Shown piece by piece: positions 49,225-58,990 of a stretch of DNA of 64,000 bases. The position numbers and the translations under genes were made by a program. The DNA comes from Myxococcota bacterium (GTDB lineage Bacteria; Myxococcota_A; UBA796; CAJQPC01). The stretch's first letter is position 1. The number at the start of each line of letters is the position of its first letter. Below the pieces are notes generated by a model, which searched no databases, had not been told where the DNA came from, and saw only the letters and a program-made list of their open reading frames with translations. The stretch spans positions 256,001 through 320,000 of the forward strand of contig DASCPX010000070.1 in NCBI GenBank assembly GCA_036012755.1, read 5' to 3'.

Positions 49225-50310
49225 ATGCTTCCCAATCACGATCTCGTCGACCACGACTTCCAGCACGTCCTCTACGAGCGGCGCCCTGTCCTGGGCCCGG
49301 GTGGCCAGCCCGTCGAGGGGCTCCACAACGTCTGGATCGTGCTGAACAACCCGAGCCAGCTCAACTCCTACACGACGGACATGGTGAAGGAGGTCATCCT
49401 CGCCTTCCGCAAGGCCAGCTGTGACCGTCGCGCGGTCGCCGCGGTCTTCACCGGCGCCGGGGACCGAGCCTTCTGCACCGGCGGGAACACCAAGGAGTAC
49501 GCAGAGGTCTACGCCGGCCATCCAGAGGAGTACCGCCAGTACATGCGGCTCTTCAACGACATGGTCACGGCGATCCTCCACTGCGACAAGCCGGTCATCT
49601 GCCGGGTCAACGGGATGCGCATCGGCGGCGGTCAGGAGATCGGCATGGCCTGCGACTTCTCGATCGCCCATGACATGGCCCGCTTCGGCCAGGCGGGGCC
49701 CCGTCACGGCAGCGCCCCGGACGGTGGCAGCACCGACTTCCTCCCGCTCTACGTCAGCGTCGAGCAGGCGATGCTCAGCTGCACCGCCTGCGCGCCCTGG
49801 AGCGCCCACAAGGCCTTGCGTCTCGGCCTGATCACCGACATCGTGCCCGCCCTGCGCGTCGACGGGGACTTCGTCGCCAACCCCCTGGTCTGGACCGATG
49901 GCTCCTACGACAGCTTCGGGCGGCCTCGCCACGGCGAGCCCAAGACCGGCGCCGACAAGCAGGCCGCGAAGGCTGTCCTCGCCAGCGGCGAGATGGACCT
50001 GTCGCTCCTGGATGCCGCGGTGGACAAGCTCTGCAGCGATCTCTTGATGACCATGCCCGGCTGCCTCACCAAGACCATCGAGTCCATTCGGAAGCACAAG
50101 CTGAGCTGTTGGGACAAGAACCGGGAGACGAACCGCGCGTGGCTGGGTCTCAACATGATGACCGAGGCAAACGCTGGCTTCCGGGCCTTCAACGAGGGCA
50201 CCCGTGGGGCGCGCGAGGTGAACTTCCCCGAGCTGCGCCGGCGCCTCGCCGCCGGAGAAGGCTGGAGCGAGGAGCTCATCCAGGCTGTCCTGCCCGGAGA
50301 GCGCTCGTGA
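49225..50310 (+). CDS. oah: 6-oxocyclohex-1-ene-1-carbonyl-CoA hydrolase
   Basis: NNPSQLNSYTT, FCTGGNTKEYAE, RIGGGQEIGMACD, GQAGPRHGSAPDGG, NMMTEA. Confidence 0.95.
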   Translation: MLPNHDLVDHDFQHVLYERRPVLGPGGQPVEGLHNVWIVLNNPSQLNSYTTDMVKEVILAFRKASCDRRAVAAVFTGAGDRAFCTGGNTKEYAEVYAGHPEEYRQYMRLFNDMVTAILHCDKPVICRVNGMRIGGGQEIGMACDFSIAHDMARFGQAGPRHGSAPDGGSTDFLPLYVSVEQAMLSCTACAPWSAHKALRLGLITDIVPALRVDGDFVANPLVWTDGSYDSFGRPRHGEPKTGADKQAAKAVLASGEMDLSLLDAAVDKLCSDLLMTMPGCLTKTIESIRKHKLSCWDKNRETNRAWLGLNMMTEANAGFRAFNEGTRGAREVNFPELRRRLAAGEGWSEELIQAVLPGERS

Positions 50311-51056
50311 TCGAGTGCCGCACGGAGGGCGGGGTCGAGCGCGTCGTCCTGTCCCGCCCGCGGGCCAACGTCATGGACCACGACATGATCGACGCCCTCC
50401 GAGCTCACATCGAGGTGCTGAGCTCCAGGCCGGAGACAAAGCTCGTCGTGTTCGAGGGAGCGGGCAAGCACTTCAGCTTCGGGGCCTCGGTCGAGGAGCA
50501 CCTCCCCGACCAGATCGCCGAAATGCTCCCGGGCTTCCACGCGCTCTTCCACGATCTGGAGGCCCTGGGTGTGCCCACCGCGGCCATCGTGCGCGGGCAG
50601 TGTCTCGGCGGCGGAGCCGAGCTGGCCACCTGGTGCGGGCGCGTGTTCGCGGACGGCAGCGCGCATGTCGGCTTCCCCGAGGTCGTCCTCGGGGTCTTCC
50701 CGCCCATCGCGGCTCTCTCCCTTGGCTGGCGCACCGGGGGGCGCATGGCCACCGAGCTCGTCATCACCGGTCGAGTGCTCGGAGCCGAGGAAGCAGAGAC
50801 CGCCGGCCTGATCGACGACCTCTCCTCGGAGCCCGAGCAGGCCATGCGCCGCTGGTACCAGGACTCGCTCGAGCCGCGCTCGGCCCATGGCCTCAGGCAC
50901 GCCTGGAGGGCCGCTCGGGCGCCTGTGCGCCGGGCCCTGGAGAGCGACCTGCCCCTCCTCGAGAGCCAGTACCTCGACGAGCTCATGGCGCACCCGGATC
51001 CCACAGAGGGTCTGACAGCCTTCATCGAGCGTCGCCCGCCACGGTGGGCCACCTGA
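50307..51056 (+). CDS. dch: Cyclohexa-1,5-diene-1-carbonyl-CoA hydratase
   Basis: RPRANV, HFSFGASVEEHLP, GQCLGGGAEL, PEVVLGVFPP; GTGA overlap. Confidence 0.92.
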   Translation: MIECRTEGGVERVVLSRPRANVMDHDMIDALRAHIEVLSSRPETKLVVFEGAGKHFSFGASVEEHLPDQIAEMLPGFHALFHDLEALGVPTAAIVRGQCLGGGAELATWCGRVFADGSAHVGFPEVVLGVFPPIAALSLGWRTGGRMATELVITGRVLGAEEAETAGLIDDLSSEPEQAMRRWYQDSLEPRSAHGLRHAWRAARAPVRRALESDLPLLESQYLDELMAHPDPTEGLTAFIERRPPRWAT

Positions 51057-51066
51057 GTAGAGCGGC

Positions 51067-52444
51067 TCAGCTCATGGCGAGGCCGTACTTCTCCAGGCGG
51101 TAGCGCAGCGCGTAGCGCGTGATCCCGAGCAGGCGGGCCGCCGCCGACTGGTTGCCGTTGGTGCGGTCCATGGCCTGCTCGATCAGGCTGCGCTCGACGG
51201 CGTCGAGATCCACGCCGCTCTCGGGCAACAGGAAGGGGGCTCCGGTCGCCGTGCCCTGATGTCTCCAGCCATAGCGCACCTCCGGAGGGAGGTGGTCGAC
51301 CTCGATGATCTCGTGGGGCTCCAGGATGACCATCCGCTCGATGACGTTGCGGAGCTCGCGGACGTTGCCCGGCCAGGGGTAGGACTGCATGCGGTCCAAG
51401 GCCGCGGCCGACAGGCCCTTCACGTCTCTCCGGAAGGAGCGGTTGAAGCGCTCCAGGAAGTGGTCCACCAACCGTGGGATGTCCTCGCGTCGCTCCCGCA
51501 GCGAGGGGATGGTGATGCGGATGACGTTGAGACGGAAGTAGAGGTCCTCGCGAAACCTGCCCGCCTCGACCTCCGCAGCGAGATCCCGGTTCGTGGCAGC
51601 GATGACCCCGGCGTCCAGCCGGATGGGGCTGACGCCCCCAACGCGCTTGAAGGTGCGGGACTCGAGGGCTCTGAGCAGCTTCGCCTGGGTCCCGGTCGAC
51701 ATCTCTCCGATCTCGTCCAGGAAGATCGTCCCGCCTTCGGGCGACCTCGAACAGGCCCCGCTTGGTGGTCTTGGCGTCGGTGAAGGAGCCGCGCTCGTGG
51801 CCGAAGAGCTCTGACTCGATGAGCTGCTCGGGTAGCGCCGCGCAGTCGACCTCCATCATCGGGCCCTTCTTGCGAGGCCCCCTGTCGTGGATGGCGTGGG
51901 CGATGAGGTCCTTTCCGGTGCCGCTCTCTCCGGAGAGCAGGACCGTCGGCGTCTCCACGTCCTCGAGTCGCCGGAGCATCTCGAAGAGCTTCCGCATGGC
52001 GGTCGACTCACCGATGATCGAGGCGTAGCCGCTGGAGCGGCGCTCGCGCAGGTAGTGGACCTCTGTCGCCAGGCGGTGGGCCTCCAGCCCCTTCTCGATC
52101 GCCAGGGCGACCTCGCGCAGGTCGAAGGGCTTCGAGAGGTAGCCGTGCGCTCCGAGCTGCGTCGCCGCGACCGCGCTGTCGACCGCGCCGTGCGCCGTGA
52201 GCACCACGACGGGAAGGTCTCGACCGGACTTCCGAATGGCCCGGATGAGCTCCAGCCCGCCCATGCGCGGCATCTTCAGGTCGGTCAGCACCAGGTCGGG
52301 AGCGTGCTCTTCGACTCGCTGGAGCCCTTCCTTGCCGTCGCGGGCCTCGATCACGCGATAGCCAAGTGCAGTCATGTGCTCGTTGATGGACCAACGGATG
52401 AGTTCCTCGTCGTCGACGACGAGGACTGTGGCTTTCTCACTCAT
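51067..52444 (-). CDS. Sigma-54-dependent response regulator, frameshift near 51740
   Basis: LVVDDE, DLKMP, GESGTGKD, GSFTDA, FREDLYFRL, WPGNVREL, Fis HTH; extra C in GTCGCCCGAAGGC. Confidence 0.92.
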
Positions 52445-52518
52445 GGATGGGTCGTCGCACGTGGTCTTGGGGGGCTTGGGAATCCCATTCACATGGTTTG
52501 CAAGGGTCGGGCCATTCC

Positions 52519-52534
52519 TGGCACGCCACTTGCT
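52519..52534 (+). promoter_or_regulatory. Sigma-54 promoter upstream of the Crp/Fnr gene
   Basis: TGGCACGCCACTTGCT, full consensus; divergent from a sigma-54 activator. Confidence 0.85.
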
Positions 52535-52549
52535 CGGTACCATGACGTG

Positions 52550-53194
52550 ATGAACCAACTCAGCAATCTCGGCGAGGTCATCCGCTGGAGGCGCGGCGAG
52601 CGCCTCTGGGACGAGGGACAAGGCGTGAAAGGTCTCGTCGTCGTCCGATCAGGTGCCCTCGAGCTCCAGAAGACCCACTCCTCCGGGGTGCTCTCTCTCG
52701 ATCTCGTCGTCCGAGGCGAGATCGCAGGGACAGAGGCGTTGGTGTGCGACGCGAAGTACGGGCACTCGGCTGTCGGCGTCGGCTACGGCTCTGGCACCTG
52801 GGTCCCAGAGGCCCGGCTCTACGCCGCCATGCTCGACACGCCGGATCTCGGGGCGGAGATCTTCCGCGCGCACCTGGCCCGCTGTGGGCGCATCGCGACG
52901 GCCTTCGCGGACTTGGAGTTCGCCCCGGTAGAGGCTCGCGTCGCCCGGCTCATGCTGCGGCTCTGCGACACCATCGGGCTGCCGGACGCTCGGGGGACCT
53001 TCATCCCCTTGCGCCTGTACAAGGTCCAGATCGCGCGCCTGACAGCCTGCCGTGCCGAGACCGTCATCCGCCTGCTGAAGCGCTGGCGCGAGCGGGAGAT
53101 CCTCCTCGCCCAGCGCGAGGGTTTCGTGGTCCCCGACCGTGGTCGCGTCTCTGCCCTGGTCGACGTGGAGGAGGAGTGCTCGTACGCGATGTGA
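52550..53194 (+). CDS. Crp/Fnr-family transcriptional regulator
   Basis: RGERLWDEG..VVRSG cNMP fold; VEARVA; IARLTACRAETVIRLL HTH. Confidence 0.88.
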   Translation: MNQLSNLGEVIRWRRGERLWDEGQGVKGLVVVRSGALELQKTHSSGVLSLDLVVRGEIAGTEALVCDAKYGHSAVGVGYGSGTWVPEARLYAAMLDTPDLGAEIFRAHLARCGRIATAFADLEFAPVEARVARLMLRLCDTIGLPDARGTFIPLRLYKVQIARLTACRAETVIRLLKRWREREILLAQREGFVVPDRGRVSALVDVEEECSYAM

Positions 53195-53592
53195 TGACGC
53201 CTGATCCGCTCTGCACGGCACCGAATGCCACGCTGGGCGAGGCCCTGGACATGATGACCCGCTACGAGATCCACGAGCTGCCGGTCACCAACGACGGCGT
53301 GCTCGCTGGCATCGTCACCCAGCGGGACCTGCTCACGGTCCTCGGAAGGGCTGTCCTCACCCTCGACGTCGACGACGCCGATCCGGACCAGCTCCAGTCC
53401 CTCGTCGAAGAGGTGATGACGACCGAGGTGGAGGCCGTGCGAGAGTGGACAGGCTTGGGATCGGCTTGCCGCATGCTGGCCAACTACCGCATCGGCTCGC
53501 TCCCCGTGGTCGACAACGATCGGCGCGTGGTCGGACTCCTGAGCATCACCGACGTGCTCACCGCAGCGGCGGAACAGCTGGACCGGCGATAG
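53176..53592 (+). CDS. CBS-domain protein
   Basis: VRDVMT, LPV..GIVTQRD, VEEVMT, LPVV..GLLSITD. Confidence 0.9.
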   Translation: MLVRDVMTPDPLCTAPNATLGEALDMMTRYEIHELPVTNDGVLAGIVTQRDLLTVLGRAVLTLDVDDADPDQLQSLVEEVMTTEVEAVREWTGLGSACRMLANYRIGSLPVVDNDRRVVGLLSITDVLTAAAEQLDRR

Positions 53593-53600
53593 CATCGCGG

Positions 53601-53623
53601 CTGTGTGAGTTGACACAGGTCGG
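53601..53623. promoter_or_regulatory. Candidate Crp/Fnr-type site upstream of hemN
   Basis: CTGTGT-N6-ACACAG palindrome overlapping TTGAC-N4-GTCGG. Confidence 0.45.
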
Positions 53624-53704
53624 AGTGCCTCCTGGCACGCTGACGGCGCCTCGTAGACTCGCGCCAGCTGGCGGATGGGCGGAAAACGTGTTCTCGTCGA
53701 TGTC

Positions 53705-55015
53705 ATGCTGACCGTAGAGGAGCTCGCCGCATTCGACCGTCCGGTCCCGCGCTACACGAGCTACCCCACGGTGCCGGTCTGGGGTCCCCTTCCACCGGAG
53801 CGGACCACCGCAGCGCTGCAGGCGATCAAGGGCCCCGCCCAGCTCTACGTCCACGTTCCTTTCTGTCGAGAGCAGTGCTCCTTCTGTGCCTGCAACCAGG
53901 TGGTCGCTGGTCGCCGCGACGCTGGTGACCGCTTCCTGGACGCCCTCGAGCTCCAGCTGGAGCGCCAGCCGCGGGTGGAGGTCGGTCGTGTCCACCTCGG
54001 GGGAGGCACGCCGACCTGGCTCGACGTTCCGCAGCTCCGGCGGCTCTGGCTGGCCCTCTCCAGCCACTTCCCACCGGTGCCTGGCGCCGAGCTCTCGGTG
54101 GAGGCCGATCCGGAGGTCACCACCCAGGAGCAGATCCGGGCCCTGACGGGCTGGGGCTTCCGTCGGCTCTCGCTGGGGGTCCAGTCCTTCGACCTGAAGG
54201 TGCTGACCGCGGTCAACCGTCCCCAGCTCGGAGATCGGGTCGAGGAGCTCCTCCGCTTCGCGCGCGAGCGCGGCTGGAGGGGGCTGAACGTGGACATCAT
54301 GTACGGGCTGCCCCACCAGTCTCTGGAGAGCTTCGAGGCCACCTTGGAGCGAGTCATCGAGCTGCGCCCGGATCGCCTGGCGGTCTTCGGCTATGCGCAC
54401 GTCCCCTGGCTTCGCCGCCACCAGCGAGCCATCGACGAGGCCGTCCTCCCGGATCGAGAGGTCCGGAGCGCCTGCGTGCTCGCCGCCCAACGCGAGCTGG
54501 TCGGGGCTGGCTACGCGGCCATCGGCTTCGACCACTTTGCCTTGCCCACCGACGAGCTGGCGCAGGGGCCTCGCACGCGGAACTTCATGGGCTATTCGGT
54601 TCGAGGTGGGGACATGATCGGCCTCGGGCCGAGCGCTATCAGCGACGTCGCCGGCGTGATGTGGCAGGACGAGCTGGGGCTGGGCGCCTGGATGCGCAAG
54701 CTGCGAGCCGGCGAACCGCTGGCCGTTCGGGGATGGGTGCGCGACCGCGAAGACGACCTTCGGGAGGCGGTCATCCACGGGCTGATGTGCGACCTGGTAG
54801 TAGACGTCGAGGCCGTCGAGGCCTTCTGGGGAATCGACTTCGGCGAGCACTTCGCGGCCGAGCTGGACGAGCTCCATCCCCTGGTCGACGAGGGTCTCGT
54901 CGATGTCGGCTTCGCCCACCTCCGCGTCACCGAGCGGGGGCGCCCGCTGGCCCGGCTCGTAGCGCGCGCATTCGACGCGAGGCGGAGCCCCGCTCGTCAC
55001 TCCCAGACCGTGTAG
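53705..55015 (+). CDS. hemN: Oxygen-independent coproporphyrinogen III oxidase
   Basis: PRYTSYPT, LYVHVPFCREQCSFCAC, GGGTPT, YAHVPW, RNFMGY, C-terminal HSQTV. Confidence 0.95.
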   Translation: MLTVEELAAFDRPVPRYTSYPTVPVWGPLPPERTTAALQAIKGPAQLYVHVPFCREQCSFCACNQVVAGRRDAGDRFLDALELQLERQPRVEVGRVHLGGGTPTWLDVPQLRRLWLALSSHFPPVPGAELSVEADPEVTTQEQIRALTGWGFRRLSLGVQSFDLKVLTAVNRPQLGDRVEELLRFARERGWRGLNVDIMYGLPHQSLESFEATLERVIELRPDRLAVFGYAHVPWLRRHQRAIDEAVLPDREVRSACVLAAQRELVGAGYAAIGFDHFALPTDELAQGPRTRNFMGYSVRGGDMIGLGPSAISDVAGVMWQDELGLGAWMRKLRAGEPLAVRGWVRDREDDLREAVIHGLMCDLVVDVEAVEAFWGIDFGEHFAAELDELHPLVDEGLVDVGFAHLRVTERGRPLARLVARAFDARRSPARHSQTV

Positions 55016-55042
55016 GCCAGCAGGGACCGGGGTCCAGCGAGC

Positions 55043-56200
55043 TCAGTCTGGATCTGCCGGCTGCCACTCGTCCAGCGGGCTCCGGGTCCACCACTGCTCG
55101 GGCAGGATCATGACTGGGGCCTCTGGCTCCCGGAGGGTCACGACGGGCACCAGGTTGTCGGCGAGCGCCGCCCCGGGGAGGTGGGCGCTGAGGAGGGGGG
55201 CGCTGCTTGCCAACACGACGCGACCCTCGGTCAGACTTCGCGGCAACGACCGGGACCTGAAGTCGGGCCAGCTGGCGAGCAAGGACTCGTCGGGCCAGCG
55301 GGTTCCCGGGCCACGGTGTCCGTTGCGCATCTGCCAGAAGCGTCGATTGACCGAAGTGAGGAGCTCCGGCCTGCGCTCGAAGAGGGGGTCCAGCGCATAG
55401 CAGATCAGGCAGGTGCCGTCCTTTTGCGAGCCAGTCCGCACGGCCTCTGCGGCGAGCACCACGTGCCCCCAGGTCACGACGCCCTCGGACCACAGGCGCC
55501 CGCGAGCGTTGAGGGTCCGCGAGTTCGTCGGGGTGTTCAGGTTGTTCGAACCGAGCATCGCGTGCAACGGGAAGACGAATGACAGGGCCCGCTCGAGGAG
55601 CGCCTTGTACCGCCGTCGCTCTCGGGCCGGCGTCTTGAGGCGGGCCAGGCGGGCCAGGCGGGCCAGGGCGCGTCGACGCCCGTCTTCGGTCAGGGCGCCG
55701 TCCTGCTCGATGACGATGCGGGCCTTCTTGCCGGTCGCCACGATGGTGGCCTCCACCTCGAGCAGGCCGGACAGATCGTGAGCGAAGGAGATATCCACCG
55801 GCTGCGGGCCGTCGATCGGGGGGATGCCCGTCACGGTGAACTCGCCGAGCAGGCGGTTCTGCTCGGCGTAGCGGTGTTCTCCCTGGAAGACCCGGACGCA
55901 CACCGCGGTCTGCTTCGGGTGCGTGGTCAGCACCTGCTCCACCCGACGGGCGGGCAGGGTGGTGTTCCTGTGGAGGACCGGCAGGTAGTAGCCGTCGAGG
56001 ACCTGTTTCTCGGCGAAGCGCACGACCTGGACGCCCAGGGTGTGGCTGGTGACGTCGGTCACGACGACCTCGTCCACCGCGGCGTCACGAGCCACGAGCC
56101 CGGCCTGCCATGCGGCGCCCAGCGCGATGGCGTGATCCGGATCGGGGCCGTCCGCTGGACCCTTCCCGAAGATCTCCCAGACCAGCTGCTGCACCGCCGG
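55043..56200 (-). pseudogene. Hsp70 (HscC/DnaK-like) C-terminal fragment fused to an unrelated fragment
   Basis: RMPAV, DPDHAIALGAA, VTDVTSHTLG, VFQGE, LLGEF, GLLEVEA; no N-terminal ATPase motifs. Confidence 0.7.
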
Positions 56201-56237
56201 CATCCGGGGCGCTGGTCCGAGCTGGAGAACACCGTCC

Positions 56238-56680
56238 TCAGCACGACGGGATGGCGCCCGACCGCCCGGCAGCCAAGGCAGACCGCATGACCGCCGGCTT
56301 TCGATCATCGCGCCCCTCTGGCTCTCCCAAGAAGGGAAGGACCTGCGCGTCCGTAGGGCTCGGAACCTCGGGCTCAACGACAGCCCACGACCTTGGAAGC
56401 CCATCATCGAACCAGCGGGACTTCTCGATTCTCACGTTGAACTCCGAGACCGACAGGTGCACGTCGGGGTCATGAGCGACCCGGTGGCCGCCAAACGGAG
56501 TGCCCCTTGCGTTTTGATGCGCGATGCCGGCGATTCCAAGTGGGCCATTGGTGAGGTCTTCCCACCACTGGTCGCTCCCGCCAAGCGTCGTGATCGAGTC
56601 GATGAATGCCACGCGCCCACCGGTAGCCTCGAACTCGTGGAGCTCTGCGTCCACCTCGTGGAGGCTGCGGGAATCGCTGA
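56238..56680 (-). pseudogene. Possible RecA/RadA-like ATPase C-terminal remnant
   Basis: VAFIDSI..IAHQ..VAHDPDV..IEKSRW in RadA-like order; no Walker A; base composition looks atypical. Confidence 0.3.
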
Positions 56681-56769
56681 CAAGTGGCGATCCGGCCGGC
56701 CGGGGCCGCTTTGGGCCGGCCACACCGCCTTTCACCGCAGTGATTCCAGCTACTTAGGGCCAGCCTTCG

Positions 56770-58287
56770 CTACTCCACATAGCCGAGCGCCTCCAGGCGC
56801 CTTCTCTGCTCGTCGCTCAGGGGCGGCGGGACTTCGTCCACCAGCGCTCGGAGTCGCTCGAGGTGCGGCTGCATCGTCTCCGGGACGGGCTGCGGGTGGA
56901 GCTCCTGGGGATCGATGCGGAGGTCGTGCCAGACAGGCTCGCGGTCGGGGTGCAAGAGCAGCTTGCTGCCGTCGAAGCGGAGCGCGGCCCCACGTCTAGG
57001 GCCCTTCACCTGGTCAGGGGAGGGCGCCTGGGCGTGTGCTTGCTGGCCGGTGGTGTAGGCGAGGACCTCTCGCGTCTCGAGCTCCGGGATCTCGGCGAGC
57101 CCTGCGGCGGCCAGCACGAGGTCGTGGACCAGCGACACCCCGACGAGGCGCTCCCGTACCTCGCCGCTGTCCAACGCCCCGGGCCAGCGCACCACCAGGG
57201 GCACGCCCAGGGAGGGCTCCCAGAGTCGAGCGCCGTGGTTGAAGTAGTAGCCGTGCTCGTCGAGGCTCTCTCCGTGGTCTCCGACGACGAGGACGATCGT
57301 GTCCTCGTCGAGTCCGTCCAAGAGCGTCCCCAGCAGGTGATCCGTGTAGCGAATGGCGCTGCGATAGCGCAGCTTCTCGGTCTCCGGCTGGGCGCTCTGC
57401 AGGAAGGCCACGAGCGAGGTCAGGGTGCCCCGCTTGGCGTCGAGCACTGCCTGGTCGAGGTCGCGGGCCCGCTCCTCGGCCTCGTCGGAGGGCCGCCAGC
57501 GTGGTGGCACGACGTAGGGGGCGTGGGCGTCGTAGAGGTGGACCCAGACGAAGTCGGCGGTGTCGGGAGAGAGCCACGACAGCGCCCGCTCGACGGTCTC
57601 GTCCCCCCCCCGAACGTGGCCCCGGCGTGGGAGGTCGAGGCTGTCGACGACAGGCCACCAGTTCATTCGCTGACCCCAGCCCCAGCGGTCGTCGAAGTGG
57701 TGGAAGCCGCGGTCGAGCTCGGTGTGGCGGTCCAGCACGTGAGCCGAGATGAAGGCCCCGGTCCGGTAGCCGGCCTCCGACAGAGCCGGGACGATCGTGT
57801 CGACCTCGACCGCGCGCCCGTTGGCGAGGAGCCCGTGCTCGTCGACCGGGAGTCCCGTCAGCATGCTCGCGTGGGCTGGCGCCGTCAGCGGGGCGGTCGT
57901 CACGGCCTGGGTGAAGCGCACGCCCTCGTCGGCGAGCCCGAGCAGCCTCGGCGTGAGGTCCGGGCGCACGTGGTCACCGCGGAAGGTGTCCAGCGTCACG
58001 AGCACGATGTCCGGCCCGTCACGCGCTCCGGACCCGGCCGAGACCTCCGGCGGCATGCCCGCCCAGCACCACGCCGACAGCGCCACCAGCGGCGGCAGCG
58101 GCCGCAGCACCCGCAGACGGCGGATCAGGAAGACCAGCTCCCAGCTGACCAGGGACAGGAGGTGGAGCGACAACAGCAGAGCAGGGCCCAGCACCCGCTC
58201 CCAGTCGAGGGCGATGCGGCTGTCGTGGCACCACGCCATCCATGCCGCGACCGAGCCCGCGAGGAGCCAGAGCCCCGCGGCGATCAG
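56770..58287 (-). CDS. Membrane-anchored sulfatase-like (alkaline phosphatase superfamily) protein
   Basis: VTLDTFRGD, TAPAHASMLTG, HLYDAHAPY, GDHGE, LEALGY; start uncertain (CTG 58287 or ATG 58239). Confidence 0.85.
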   Translation of the reverse strand: MIAAGLWLLAGSVAAWMAWCHDSRIALDWERVLGPALLLSLHLLSLVSWELVFLIRRLRVLRPLPPLVALSAWCWAGMPPEVSAGSGARDGPDIVLVTLDTFRGDHVRPDLTPRLLGLADEGVRFTQAVTTAPLTAPAHASMLTGLPVDEHGLLANGRAVEVDTIVPALSEAGYRTGAFISAHVLDRHTELDRGFHHFDDRWGWGQRMNWWPVVDSLDLPRRGHVRGGDETVERALSWLSPDTADFVWVHLYDAHAPYVVPPRWRPSDEAEERARDLDQAVLDAKRGTLTSLVAFLQSAQPETEKLRYRSAIRYTDHLLGTLLDGLDEDTIVLVVGDHGESLDEHGYYFNHGARLWEPSLGVPLVVRWPGALDSGEVRERLVGVSLVHDLVLAAAGLAEIPELETREVLAYTTGQQAHAQAPSPDQVKGPRRGAALRFDGSKLLLHPDREPVWHDLRIDPQELHPQPVPETMQPHLERLRALVDEVPPPLSDEQRRRLEALGYVE

Positions 58288-58976
58288 ACGCGAGTGAGCT
58301 TGGCGCGCCACTTCCAGGGCCGGTTCTCCCGCCGCTTGTACTTCGGCACGTGCTCGTGGGCGGCTACGGACTCGGCGAGGGCCCGCCGGGCTGCCTCCTT
58401 GTCCCCGAGCTCTCGGCAGCACAAGCCGAGCTTGTAGTAGCCCTCTGACGAGCTGGCGTTGGTCTCTACCAGGGCCTCGAAGGCCGTCCTCGCCCGCGCC
58501 CAGTCCTTGGCCGCGCGGTAGTGGTCCCCGACCACCATCTGTGGCTCGCCGTAGAGCAGGTCCGGCCGGAGCTCCAGCGCCCTGTCGATGGCCGCGAGCC
58601 CCTCGTCGACGCGCTTGAGTCCGAGCTGCGCGCGGCCCAGGAAGTACCAGGCCTCTGCCGAGGTCTCGCGCCGCTCGACGACAGGGGCGAGGCTGGCCTC
58701 CGCCTGCTTCCACTGCTTGTGCTTCACGCACAGCTTGCCGTGGTCCAGGCGCAGGGTGAGGTCGTGTGGCCGGGCAGAGATCTCCTTGCCCAGCTGGCCG
58801 ATCTGGCGCCGCTCGGAGATCCAGCCGAAGGGACTCCAGTAGCGGCCCCGGAGCTGGCCGCCGACCAGCCAGAAGAGCAGGGCTCCGGTGAAGATCAGGA
58901 AGACGGGGTCGGTGAGCAGGTAGAGCACGTCAGGACCGTGCAGCTGAGCATGCGGAGAGCGCGACCATGGGAACAT
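58284..58976 (-). CDS. Membrane-anchored TPR protein
   Basis: N-terminal TM; AEAWYFLG, ALELRP, GYYKLG TPR helices; start may be GTG 58928. Confidence 0.82.
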   Translation of the reverse strand: MFPWSRSPHAQLHGPDVLYLLTDPVFLIFTGALLFWLVGGQLRGRYWSPFGWISERRQIGQLGKEISARPHDLTLRLDHGKLCVKHKQWKQAEASLAPVVERRETSAEAWYFLGRAQLGLKRVDEGLAAIDRALELRPDLLYGEPQMVVGDHYRAAKDWARARTAFEALVETNASSSEGYYKLGLCCRELGDKEAARRALAESVAAHEHVPKYKRRENRPWKWRAKLTRV

Positions 58977-58990
58977 CGGCTTAACCGCCC

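Noticed and set aside
50405..52621. 738-aa sigma-54 regulator ORF overlapping dch
   Set aside because: Read-through artefact of a +1 frameshift near 51740; the gene ends at 51067
55638..55667. 9-bp tandem repeat (AGGCGGGCC x3)
   Set aside because: Short coding repeat (LAR x3) within a remnant; likely slippage
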